Source: Frankiales bacterium
Lineage (GTDB): Bacteria > Actinomycetota > Actinomycetes > Mycobacteriales > SCTD01
Assembly (NCBI GenBank): GCA_025465465.1
Contig: JAODND010000036.1
Coordinates: forward strand, 5,145 to 69,144
Direction of reading: 5' to 3'
DNA length: 64,000 nucleotides
Shown here piece by piece: positions 27,871 to 36,148 of this stretch (position 1 is its first letter; every line of letters begins with the position of its first letter). The position numbers were made by a program, and so were the translations under genes. Under the pieces are notes generated by a model. The model made no database searches. It saw nothing but the letters and a program-made list of their open reading frames with translations, and was not told where the DNA came from.

Positions 27871-29117
27871 CGACCGCTGGCCCCCGCCGTCGACTCACGC
27901 TGGACCTCACTCCGACCCGTGTCTCTCCGGCTTTCCGCAACCTGCTCATCGGGGACGCCGTGTCGGTGGTCGGCACCCAGGTCACGGCCGTGGCGGTCCC
28001 TTTGCAGGTCTATGAGCAGACCGGCTCGGCCGCCGCGGTCGGGCTCGTCGGCATCGTGGGTCTCGTCCCGCTGATCGTCTTCGGCTTGTACGGAGGGGCG
28101 GTGGCCGATGCCGTGGACCGCCGTCGCCTCGTGCTGGTCACCACGTCCTGCCAGGCTGTGCTGTCCGCGATCCTGCTGGCCCAGGCGGTCGCGGGGCTGC
28201 ACTGGACCTGGCTGCTCTACCTCGTCGTCGCGGTGCAGGCCGCCCTGTTCGCGCTCGACTCGCCCGCGCGGCAGGCCTTCGTCCCGCGGCTGCTGCCGCC
28301 CGAGCTGCTTCCCGCGGGCAACGCGCTTCGACAGGTGGAGTTCAACGTCGGCATGGCCGCTGGCCCGCTGCTCGCTGGTGTGCTGGTCGCCGCCTTCGGG
28401 TTCGGGACGGCCTATGGGCTCGATGCGGTCTCGTTCGGCGCCTCGCTGTGGGCCGTGGCCTCGCTGCCGTCGATGTCACCCGCGGGCGGCGGAAGGCCGG
28501 CCGGTCTCGCGTCCGTAATCGAGGGGCTGTCGTTCCTGCGGACCCGGCAGGTGCTGCTGCTCACGTTCGTCGTCGACATCATCGCGATGGTGTTCGGGAT
28601 GCCTCGCACCCTGTTCGCCCCGCTCGCCGACCACGTCTTCGGCGGTGGCGAGCCGGCGGCCGGCGCGATGTATGCGGCGATCCCCGCAGGCGCGCTGCTC
28701 GGTGCCCTGTTCGGCGGCTGGTTCGGGCGCATCCACAAGCAGGGCGTCGCCGTGGTCGCCGCGATCGTCGCCTGGGGCGCATGCATCATCGGCTTCGGCC
28801 TCACGTCAAGCCTCTGGCTCGCGCTGCTGCTGCTCGCCGGTGCAGGTGCTGCAGACATGGTGTCCGCCGTCTTCCGGGTGGCGATCCTGCAGACGGCTGC
28901 GCCCGACGAGATGCGCGGCCGCCTCGGCGGGGTCTTCATCGTGGTGGTGGCCGGCGGCCCGCGGCTCGGCGACGGGCGGGCGGGTGGATTCGCCTCGTGG
29001 TTCGGGTTGCAGGAGGCGGTGGTCATCGGTGGCGTCCTGGTCATCGCGCTGACCATGCTGGTCGTCCTCGCGGTCCCGCGCTTCCTCAGCTATGACTCGC
29101 GTGATCCCCACGTCTGA
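27867..29117 (+). CDS. MFS transporter (EntS/MFS_3-like, paralogous type to 22482..23759)
   Basis: GTG at 27867 overlaps the pdxH stop (GTGA). It is a polytopic 416-aa protein. Confidence 0.8.
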   Translation: MTTAGPRRRLTLDLTPTRVSPAFRNLLIGDAVSVVGTQVTAVAVPLQVYEQTGSAAAVGLVGIVGLVPLIVFGLYGGAVADAVDRRRLVLVTTSCQAVLSAILLAQAVAGLHWTWLLYLVVAVQAALFALDSPARQAFVPRLLPPELLPAGNALRQVEFNVGMAAGPLLAGVLVAAFGFGTAYGLDAVSFGASLWAVASLPSMSPAGGGRPAGLASVIEGLSFLRTRQVLLLTFVVDIIAMVFGMPRTLFAPLADHVFGGGEPAAGAMYAAIPAGALLGALFGGWFGRIHKQGVAVVAAIVAWGACIIGFGLTSSLWLALLLLAGAGAADMVSAVFRVAILQTAAPDEMRGRLGGVFIVVVAGGPRLGDGRAGGFASWFGLQEAVVIGGVLVIALTMLVVLAVPRFLSYDSRDPHV

Positions 29118-29179
29118 CCGCCCCCTGCCGACACCCGACCTGCCAAGTGGGACCGCTGGCGCTGGCGAGGAGCTGACCG

Positions 29180-29821
29180 CTAGCTCGGCAGCGCGATCCA
29201 CGTCGCTTGGGCGACGGCGAGCACGGTCCCGCTCTCGTCATACAGGGCGCTTCCGGTCCAGACCTTGCGCCCCTCGCCACCGACATACCAGCCCTGGACG
29301 AGATGCGGGAGGCCGGCTTGTGGCAGGGAGTCGATGACACAGGCCATCCGCCCGAGCACCATCGGCCGCCCGGGGAGGTCCGCCGACCAGCCACCCGGGC
29401 AGTCGAGGGCCGCCCAGACCATCACGTCGGAGGACTCCGCGGGCGTCCAGACGGTGGCGACCAGGCCGTCGGAGACGCGACCGGGCAGCAGGCCGAGCCC
29501 ATCGGTGCGGTCGGTACCGCACACGAAGCAGGTCGGGAAGGGGTGCACATGCGGGCCCAGAGCCGACGGCGCGGCCGCAGCCGACGACAACGCGACAGCG
29601 GCGGGCGGCTGCAGGGTCACCTCGCCCGGGATGACGGTCGCGATGACGTCCGAGCCGTGGAGCAGGGAGTCGCCGTGGACCTCGAGCTCGACGTCCAGGG
29701 GCGGCGGCAGGCGAAGGGTCACCTCAGGCACCGGGAAGTCGGTGGTGCCGGCGAGCAGGCCGCAGGTGATGCCTCCGTTGCCCGAGTCGGGGGGCCCGTT
29801 GAAGCGCCGGTCGATGATCAC
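29180..29821 (-). CDS. hotdog-fold (thioesterase-like) protein
   Basis: GTG at 29821 overlaps the stop of the upstream udgX-like gene (GTGA). It contains NGPPDSGNGGITCGLLAG and CFVCG motifs, as seen in hotdog-fold proteins. Confidence 0.6.
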   Translation of the reverse strand: MIIDRRFNGPPDSGNGGITCGLLAGTTDFPVPEVTLRLPPPLDVELEVHGDSLLHGSDVIATVIPGEVTLQPPAAVALSSAAAAPSALGPHVHPFPTCFVCGTDRTDGLGLLPGRVSDGLVATVWTPAESSDVMVWAALDCPGGWSADLPGRPMVLGRMACVIDSLPQAGLPHLVQGWYVGGEGRKVWTGSALYDESGTVLAVAQATWIALPS

Positions 29822-30441
29822 GCGAGTTCCTTCGCAGCGATCCGCAGGTCGGTGACGAGCCCGGCGAACGCGACGTCCTGGTCGTCGGCCCGCAGCACGG
29901 CCGACGGGTGGATGGTGGCCATCGCTCGGGGACCGCCGGCGACGGGCCAGTCCATGACGATGCCACGTTCCCGTGTCACCCGGAACCCGTTCCCATAGAC
30001 CGTCTTGGCGGCCGTCGCGCCCAGCAGCACGACGAGCCGGGGCTTGAGCAGCTCGAGCTCGGCACGCAGCCACGGTCGGCAGGCCACGATCTCCGCAGCG
30101 CCGGGGGTCACATGGATGCGGCGCTGGCCGCGGACGGTGAAGGTGAAGTGCTTCACGGCGTTGGTGACATAGACGTCGGAGCGGTCGATCGTCGCCTCGT
30201 CGAGCGCACGCACGAGCACCTTGCCCGCTGGCCCCACGAAGGGCTTGCCCTGCCGGTCCTCCTGGTCACCCGGCTGCTCACCGATGAGGACCAGCCGGGC
30301 CGACGCCTCGCCGCGGGAGAACACCGTCTGCGTCGCCGGCTCCCACAGCGGGCAGCCGCGGCACTCCGCGGCGGCGGCCCGCAGCGACTCCAGCGAGCGC
30401 TCCTCGGGGAGGAAGGCAGCGGCGGTGGGCCAGTCAGGCAC
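29818..30441 (-). CDS. udgX: UdgX-like family-4-type uracil-DNA glycosylase superfamily protein
   Basis: GTG at 30441, 207 aa. It has CRGC, motif A GEQPGDQED, FVGPAG, NAVKHF, the insertion GQRRIHVTP, and motif B HPSAVLR. By eye it aligns along its whole length with M. smegmatis UdgX. Confidence 0.75.
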   Translation of the reverse strand: MPDWPTAAAFLPEERSLESLRAAAAECRGCPLWEPATQTVFSRGEASARLVLIGEQPGDQEDRQGKPFVGPAGKVLVRALDEATIDRSDVYVTNAVKHFTFTVRGQRRIHVTPGAAEIVACRPWLRAELELLKPRLVVLLGATAAKTVYGNGFRVTRERGIVMDWPVAGGPRAMATIHPSAVLRADDQDVAFAGLVTDLRIAAKELA

Positions 30442-30451
30442 ATAGGCGAAC

Positions 30452-31768
30452 CTACCCAGGTCCGCGGGGCCTGAGCCACGCGTCAGTGCGCGAGAGCACC
30501 TGGTCGACCCCCGCGGCCAACGCGTCCAGGGCCTCGTCGTCGCAGATGAGCGGCGGGGCGACGACCAGCATCGTGGCGCCGCGGTCGTCGGGGCGGATGA
30601 GCAGCCGGGCCTCGCGGATCCAGGTCGCGAGCAGGCCGCCACGCAACGCCGCATGCTGCTCGTCGGTGAGCTCCCGGCCGTCGTCGTGCAGCTCGAGGGC
30701 ATAGAAGAAGCCGGTGCCGCGCACCTCCCGCACACAGCGGTGCGCCTCGGCTGCTGCCTGCAGGCGGGCCCGGAGCGAGTCCTCCCGCGCCAGCACGTTC
30801 TCGAGGACCTGCTCGTCGCGCATCGCTTCCACGTTGGCCACAGCGACAGCTGTCGCGACGGGGTGCGAACCGAAGGTCGCGCCGTGGATGAAGGTGCGCG
30901 ACGGGGACGCCGCGATCGTGTCCATCACGTACCCACGCGCGACCACGCCGCCGAGCGGCACGTAGGCAGAGGTCACGCCCTTGGCAAAGGTGATGAGGTC
31001 CGGCACCACGCCGAACCGGTCGCTGGCGAACCAGTGGCCCAGGCGGCCGAACGCGTTGATCACCTCGTCCGCGCACAGCAGCACGCCATAGCTGTCGCAG
31101 ATCCGCCGCAGCTCCTGCCAGTAGCCGTCCGGCGGCACGAGCGCCCCTCGGCCGTTCTGCACCGGCTCGGCGATGACCATCGACACGTTCTCCGGGCCGG
31201 TCTCGAGGATCAGCGCCTCGATGTCCGCGACGGTGCCGTCCATCGTGTTGGGCGCGCGCACCACGAAGTCACCGAGCATCGGGGCGTACGGTTCCTTGAC
31301 CTTCGGCACGCCGGTCGCTGCCAGCCCCCCGAGGGTGACCCCGTGGTAGGCCCAGTCGCGCGCGACCACCTTGGTGCGGGACGGCTCGCCGTTCGCCAGG
31401 TGGAACGTGCGGGCCAGCTTCAGCGCCGACTCGACGGCCTCGGTGCCGGAGTTGACGAAGAAGACGCGATCCAGGTCACCCGGTGCGAGGGAGGCGATGA
31501 GCGAGGCCGCCTCGAGGGCGGGCGGGTGCGCATAGCCCCAGGTCGAGGTGAAGGCAAGCGTCTCCATCTGCTTCGCGGCCACCGCGGCGAGGTCGCTGCG
31601 GCCGTGCCCGATGTTGACGCAGAACAGCCCGGACAGGCCGTCGAGGTAGCGGGTGCCGTGCTCGTCCCACACCCACGGGCCCTCGCCCCGGACCAGCACG
31701 GGCACGTCAGGCGACTCCCAGGCCGTGTACGACGTGAAGTGCGGGATCAGCTGCTGGCGCGTGCTCAT
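30452..31768 (-). CDS. class III (omega) aminotransferase, PLP-dependent
   Basis: 438 aa with ...FFVNSGTEAVESALKLAR... and CADEVINAFGRLG...TFAKGVTS (PLP lysine). Confidence 0.9.
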   Translation of the reverse strand: MSTRQQLIPHFTSYTAWESPDVPVLVRGEGPWVWDEHGTRYLDGLSGLFCVNIGHGRSDLAAVAAKQMETLAFTSTWGYAHPPALEAASLIASLAPGDLDRVFFVNSGTEAVESALKLARTFHLANGEPSRTKVVARDWAYHGVTLGGLAATGVPKVKEPYAPMLGDFVVRAPNTMDGTVADIEALILETGPENVSMVIAEPVQNGRGALVPPDGYWQELRRICDSYGVLLCADEVINAFGRLGHWFASDRFGVVPDLITFAKGVTSAYVPLGGVVARGYVMDTIAASPSRTFIHGATFGSHPVATAVAVANVEAMRDEQVLENVLAREDSLRARLQAAAEAHRCVREVRGTGFFYALELHDDGRELTDEQHAALRGGLLATWIREARLLIRPDDRGATMLVVAPPLICDDEALDALAAGVDQVLSRTDAWLRPRGPG

Positions 31769-31815
31769 GAGGCCGACCGTACCGCCCGGTCAGAGGGCGA
31801 AACGGAGCCGAAATC

Positions 31816-32277
31816 TCAGCGTGCCAGGGCCTTCAGGGCCTCGTCCGCGTGCCGGTCCATCCTCGTCTCGGAGGTGATCACGTCGCTGATGACTCCGTCC
31901 GCGCCGATGACGAAGGTCGCGCGCTTCACGGGCGTGAGCTTGCCCATCAGGGCGCCGCGCTTCACGCCGTACGAGGTGGCGACCGCGCCACCGACGTCCG
32001 CGAGCAGCGGGTAGTCGAAGCCGTGCTTCGTCGAGAAGTCCTTCTGCTTGTCGACACCGTCCACGCTGATGCCCAGCCGCTGCGCACCCGCCGCCTCGAA
32101 CTCCGCCGCGAGGTCGCGGAAGTGGCAGGCCTCGGCGGTGCAGCCGGCCGTGTTCGCCGCCGGGTAGAAGAACAGCACGACCGGTCCGGTCGCGAGGTAG
32201 GACGAGAGCGTTCGCTCGGCCCCCGTGTCGTCCGGGAGGGTGAAGTCAGGGGCCTGGTCGCCGGCCTTGAGGGTCAT
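31816..32277 (-). CDS. bcp: peroxiredoxin (Bcp-type thiol peroxidase)
   Basis: 153 aa with ...VVLFFYPAANTAGCTAEAC... as the peroxidatic Cys motif. Confidence 0.9.
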   Translation of the reverse strand: MTLKAGDQAPDFTLPDDTGAERTLSSYLATGPVVLFFYPAANTAGCTAEACHFRDLAAEFEAAGAQRLGISVDGVDKQKDFSTKHGFDYPLLADVGGAVATSYGVKRGALMGKLTPVKRATFVIGADGVISDVITSETRMDRHADEALKALAR

Positions 32278-32397
32278 CGCTGTGCCTTCCGCTCGTCGAG
32301 CATGTCAGCCATGATCTGCTGCCACCTCTCGGCGCCGATCACCGGGTCCCGCCCCGACGCCGACTCGAGGCGTGCGGAACGGCACCTCGGGTAGACC

Positions 32398-33351
32398 GTG
32401 CCCATCATGCGCGCCTTCACCTGTTCCACCTGCGCGCGGCTGGCGCCCTTCGAGGCCCTGGTCTGCCTCCACTGCGACACCTCGCTGGCCTTCGACTGGG
32501 ACAGCCGGACACTGGTGCCGCTGGCCGACCCGTGCGGCAACCGCGTCGACCTGGGCTGCAACGGGCAGGCCCCGGAGGGCTGGTGCCCGAGCTGTCTGCT
32601 GACCCGGCGGCGGTCGGAGGCTCCCGCCGTCCGGGACCGCCTGTCGCGCGCCGAGCAGGCCAAACGACGGCTGGTCTTCTCGCTGCTCGAGCTCGGTCTC
32701 CCGGTGCGCTCCTGGCGGGAAGGCGGGCTCGGGTTCGACTTCCTCGACAGCACGTCGTCCCCGGTCACGACCGGGCACGCCGACGGCATCATCACCCTCG
32801 ACCTCGCGGAGGCCGACAGCGTGCACCGCGAGCAGACCCGAGTGCACCTCGACGAGGCCTACCGCACCGTGCTGGGGCACCTGCGGCACGAGGTGGGCCA
32901 CTACTACGACGGCGTGCTCGTGCGGGACCGGTCTGCATACCGCGCGCTGTTCGGCGACGAGACGGCGTCCTACACCGACGCCCTGGAGCGGCACTACGAG
33001 AACGGCCCGCCGACGGGCTGGGTGACCTCCTCTGTGTCCGGCTACGCGACCATGCACCCCTACGAGGACTTCGCGGAGACCTTCGCCCACTACCTGCACC
33101 TGCGGGACACCCTGCAGACCGCGTCGTCGTGGGGCGTCAGCGTCGCCGGCCCGGAGGCAGCGGACCAGGCGCCGCTCGCGTCCTTCCCGGTGCTGGCGTC
33201 CGACGACCTGCGGGGCCTCATCGACACCTGGCTGCCGCTGACCTATGCGTTGAACGCCCTCAACCGCAGCATGGGTGAGGACGACCTGTATCCCTTCGTG
33301 CTGACGCCGCCTGTCCTCGACAAGCTCGCCTTCGTGCACGACCTGGTGTAG
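32398..33351 (+). CDS. putative zinc-binding metallopeptidase with N-terminal zinc ribbon
   Basis: The N-terminus has CSTC...CLHC and the core has the HEVGHY (HExxH) motif. The start is GTG 32398 or ATG 32407. Confidence 0.7.
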   Translation: MPIMRAFTCSTCARLAPFEALVCLHCDTSLAFDWDSRTLVPLADPCGNRVDLGCNGQAPEGWCPSCLLTRRRSEAPAVRDRLSRAEQAKRRLVFSLLELGLPVRSWREGGLGFDFLDSTSSPVTTGHADGIITLDLAEADSVHREQTRVHLDEAYRTVLGHLRHEVGHYYDGVLVRDRSAYRALFGDETASYTDALERHYENGPPTGWVTSSVSGYATMHPYEDFAETFAHYLHLRDTLQTASSWGVSVAGPEAADQAPLASFPVLASDDLRGLIDTWLPLTYALNALNRSMGEDDLYPFVLTPPVLDKLAFVHDLV

Positions 33352-33369
33352 TGCTCGCGGGACCTGCTC

Positions 33370-33837
33370 TTGGTTGGATGGCTCATGCCCCTGCTCTCCT
33401 GGTCGCACGTCGGGGTCTGCTGCTCGGACCTGGAGCGGTCCACCGCGTTCTACGAGCAGGTGCTCGGTTTCACGCAGCTGTTCACCGTGGAGCTGGGGCC
33501 CGAGGTCGCCGCCACCATGGAGGTGGAAGGCCGGTTCCTGTCACGGATGCTGCGCCGCGGGGACATGCGACTGGAGCTCCTCCAGTGGCTGCAGCCCGCA
33601 GCGACGGGCGACGGCACCCGTCGCTCCATGCTCGGTCTGGGCCTGACGCATCTGGCGTTCCGGGTCACGTCGGTCGAGGAGCTGTACGACGTGGTCGAGC
33701 GGGCCGGCGGGGCCGCGCACCCGGTCACCAGATCGGTCCTGGATGGCGGCGTCGAGCTCGTCTACGTGACCGATCCCGACGGTGTCCGCATCGAGCTCAT
33801 GTCGGGCACCCCCGACTTCGCCCAGCCGTCAGGCTGA
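33370..33837 (+). CDS. VOC (glyoxalase/bleomycin-resistance/dioxygenase) family protein
   Basis: It reads LSWSHVGVCCSDLERSTAFYEQVLGF...THLAFRV...DPDGVRIEL. The start is possibly the ATG at 33385. Confidence 0.8.
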   Translation: MVGWLMPLLSWSHVGVCCSDLERSTAFYEQVLGFTQLFTVELGPEVAATMEVEGRFLSRMLRRGDMRLELLQWLQPAATGDGTRRSMLGLGLTHLAFRVTSVEELYDVVERAGGAAHPVTRSVLDGGVELVYVTDPDGVRIELMSGTPDFAQPSG

Positions 33838-34551
33838 GGCGCAGGCCTCGAGGAGCTTGTCCGCGAGCTCGGGCCGGCAGATGAGCAGGTCGGGCAGCAG
33901 CACGTCGGCCTGGTTGTAGACGAGCGGCGAGCCGTCGATGCGCGTGCAGTGCAGCCCGGCCGCGAGGGCCACCCCGACCGGCGCCGCGGAGTCCCACTCG
34001 TACTGACCGCCCGCGTGCACATAGGCGTCGACGTCGCCCTTGACGACGGCAAGCACCTTGGCGCCGGCCGAGCCCATCGGCACGAGCTCGGCTCCGATCG
34101 CCGCCGCGCAGCGTTCGGCGACGGCCGGTGGACGGGACCGGCTGACGACGAGCCGTGGCCTGCCGCTGTGGGCCGGTCGCAGCTGCGGCTCTGCGGTCGT
34201 GCGCACGCCGTCGGTCATCGCGACCGCCGCGACATCAGGCGAGCCGTCGAGGCAGAGGGCGACGTGCACGGCGAAGTCGTCGCGGCCCTCGCCGTACTCC
34301 CGCGTGCCGTCCAGCGGGTCGACCACCCAGACCCGGCGCTTGGTGAGGCGGGAGGGGTTGTCCCTCTCCTCCTCGGACAGCACGCCGTCATCCGGACGGG
34401 CTTCCGCCAGCGCGCGCACCAGGAAGGCGTTGGCCACGGCGTCCCCGGCGGCGCCGAGCGGCTTGCCGGTCAGCGTGCCGTCCTCGCGCAGCGCCTCCAG
34501 CAGGCGCAGGGCTGTCTGCGCCAGGCGGGCGGCGAGCTCGACGTCAGTCAT
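33829..34551 (-). CDS. cysQ: 3'(2'),5'-bisphosphate nucleotidase (CysQ / inositol monophosphatase family)
   Basis: It has the VLSEEE, WVVDPLDGTREY and WDSAAP motifs. Confidence 0.85.
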   Translation of the reverse strand: MTDVELAARLAQTALRLLEALREDGTLTGKPLGAAGDAVANAFLVRALAEARPDDGVLSEEERDNPSRLTKRRVWVVDPLDGTREYGEGRDDFAVHVALCLDGSPDVAAVAMTDGVRTTAEPQLRPAHSGRPRLVVSRSRPPAVAERCAAAIGAELVPMGSAGAKVLAVVKGDVDAYVHAGGQYEWDSAAPVGVALAAGLHCTRIDGSPLVYNQADVLLPDLLICRPELADKLLEACASA

Positions 34552-34560
34552 GGCGCGAGG

Positions 34561-35370
34561 TTAGACGTCGAGCGCCGCCGAGCCGCGGGCGACGACCTTC
34601 TCGTAGCCGATGCCCAGCAGCCGCGGGAGGGCGGCCAGCACGTAGGCGTCCGGCCCGACCAGGATCCGTGGCTTCTCCTTGGCCAGGCCCTTCATGATGA
34701 TGCGTGCCGCCTTCTCCGGGGTGGTGTGTGCGAGCTTCTGGTCGAACAGGGCGGCGGTGGCCGCGGGGTCCTCGCCGGCGCTGACCCGGGCGCTGCGGGC
34801 GATCGCGGTGCGGATGCCGCCAGGGTGGATCGTGCTGACCGCGACGGGTGTGCCCGCGACCTTCAGCTCCTGGCGCAGCGCCTCCGTGAACCCGCGGACG
34901 GCGAACTTCGCGGCGTTGTACGCAGCCTGCTTGGGCACGGCGACGAGGCCGAAGACGCTCGACACGTTGGCGAGCTGACCGTGGCTGGCGGTGAGGTGCG
35001 GCAGGAACGCCTGGGTGCCGTGCACGACGCCCCAGTAGTTGATGTCCATCAGCCACTGCATGTCATCGATGCCGAGCTCGGAGACCGGGCCGTGCAGCGC
35101 GACCCCGGCGTTGTTGAGGACGAGGTCGACGGAGCCGAACTCCGCCACGACCTCTTCGGCGTGCGCGAACACGGCCTGCCGGTCGGCGACGTCGAGCTCG
35201 AAGCCGCGGGCGCTCTTGCCGCACGCGCTGGCCGTCTCGAGGGCGGCCTCCTTGCTGATGTCGCTCACCGCGACCTGGGCACCGAGCTGCGTCAGGTGCA
35301 GCGCGACGGCGCGCCCGATCCCCGACCCTGCTCCGGTGACGACCGCGGTCCTGCCGCTGTAGGTGCGCAC
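34561..35370 (-). CDS. SDR family oxidoreductase
   Basis: It has the TGAGSGIG Rossmann motif, NNAG, and the S...YNAAK catalytic motif. The only canonical start is GTG at 35370, with 1 nt between it and the tRNA-Arg 3' end. Confidence 0.9.
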   Translation of the reverse strand: MRTYSGRTAVVTGAGSGIGRAVALHLTQLGAQVAVSDISKEAALETASACGKSARGFELDVADRQAVFAHAEEVVAEFGSVDLVLNNAGVALHGPVSELGIDDMQWLMDINYWGVVHGTQAFLPHLTASHGQLANVSSVFGLVAVPKQAAYNAAKFAVRGFTEALRQELKVAGTPVAVSTIHPGGIRTAIARSARVSAGEDPAATAALFDQKLAHTTPEKAARIIMKGLAKEKPRILVGPDAYVLAALPRLLGIGYEKVVARGSAALDV

Positions 35371-35371
35371 G

Positions 35372-35444
35372 TGCCCCCGGAGAGAATCGAACTCCCGACG
35401 CCCTCCTTAGGACGGAGGCGCTCTATCCACTGAGCTACGGAGGC
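35372..35444 (-). tRNA. tRNA-Arg (anticodon CCU)
   Basis: I folded it by hand. The minus strand reads GCCUCCG-UA-GCUC-AGUGGAUA-GAGC-G-CCUCC-GUCCUAA-GGAGG-GCGUC-GGGAG-UUCGAUU-CUCUC-CGGGGGC-A. It is 73 nt and CCA is not encoded. Confidence 0.9.
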
Positions 35445-35502
35445 GAAGCCCCCGGAAGGCTAGCTGCTCCTGGGCGATGAGCGCTCCTGTCAGGATGAGG
35501 AC

Positions 35503-35661
35503 GTGTCAGAGAAGAAGCGCCGTCGGGCCGTCGGGCCGGCGGGCGCGAAACCGGCGGTCGAGGAGCCGCTGGTCGAGCGCCAGGAGCCCAGCGAGGCGGA
35601 GGAGCAGCGGGACCTCGAGAGGTACCTCGCCGACCGCCCGCCCCACCATGAGCCTCGCTAG
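35503..35661 (+). CDS. possible small charged protein (52 aa)
   Basis: GTG at 35503 is preceded by AGGATGAGGA. It translates to VSEKKRRRAVGPAGAKPAVEEPLVERQEPSEAEEQRDLERYLADRPPHHEPR with high GC3. It is below the track cutoff. The 89-aa track ORF in another frame is Arg-rich junk. Confidence 0.35.
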   Translation: MSEKKRRRAVGPAGAKPAVEEPLVERQEPSEAEEQRDLERYLADRPPHHEPR

Positions 35662-36068
35662 GCGGGTTCGAGCTGCTCGACGGTGCAGAACGCGCACCGC
35701 ATCGCGGCCTGCGGGATCTTGCTCAGGCACTCGGGGCACTCCTTGACCGGATCGCCCGGCTCGGGCTCCGTCTTGAACCGGTCCATCAGCTTGCCGACGG
35801 GGATGACCACGAAGAAGTAGATGACGGTCGCGATGATGATGAAGCTGATGATCGAGTCCACGAACTGCCCGTAGGGGAAGACGGTGCCGTGGACGGTGAA
35901 CACCTTGTCCGAGAACGCGCCCTTGGTCCCGCCGATGAGCCCGATGAGCGGGGTGATGAAGGCCTTGGTGAAGGCGATGACGATGGCGCCGAACGCGGCA
36001 CCGATGGCGACGGCGACGGCCAGGTCGACGACGTTGCCGCGGAGCAGGAACCTCTTGAACCCGTCCAT
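35658..36068 (-). CDS. mscL: large-conductance mechanosensitive channel MscL with C-terminal Cys4 knuckle
   Basis: MDGFKRFLLRGNVVDLAVAVAIGAAFG is the canonical MscL N-terminus. The C-terminus ends in KECPECLSKIPQAAMRCAFCT. Confidence 0.9.
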   Translation of the reverse strand: MDGFKRFLLRGNVVDLAVAVAIGAAFGAIVIAFTKAFITPLIGLIGGTKGAFSDKVFTVHGTVFPYGQFVDSIISFIIIATVIYFFVVIPVGKLMDRFKTEPEPGDPVKECPECLSKIPQAAMRCAFCTVEQLEPA

Positions 36069-36148
36069 CTGACCTCCGTACGCGAAAGGGTGAGCGCGGC
36101 GATCATGGCGCGCCTCGCGACGCGCCCGCTAGTGCCGCTATGCGGCTG

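Noticed and set aside
35372-35502. Genomic island or integrative element at tRNA-Arg(CCU), and likewise at tRNA-Ala (48191..48264)
   Set aside because: There is no integrase, recombinase or phage gene, and I see no direct repeat of the tRNA 3' end in the flanking sequence. The flanking genes are ordinary conserved-neighbourhood genes with normal GC.
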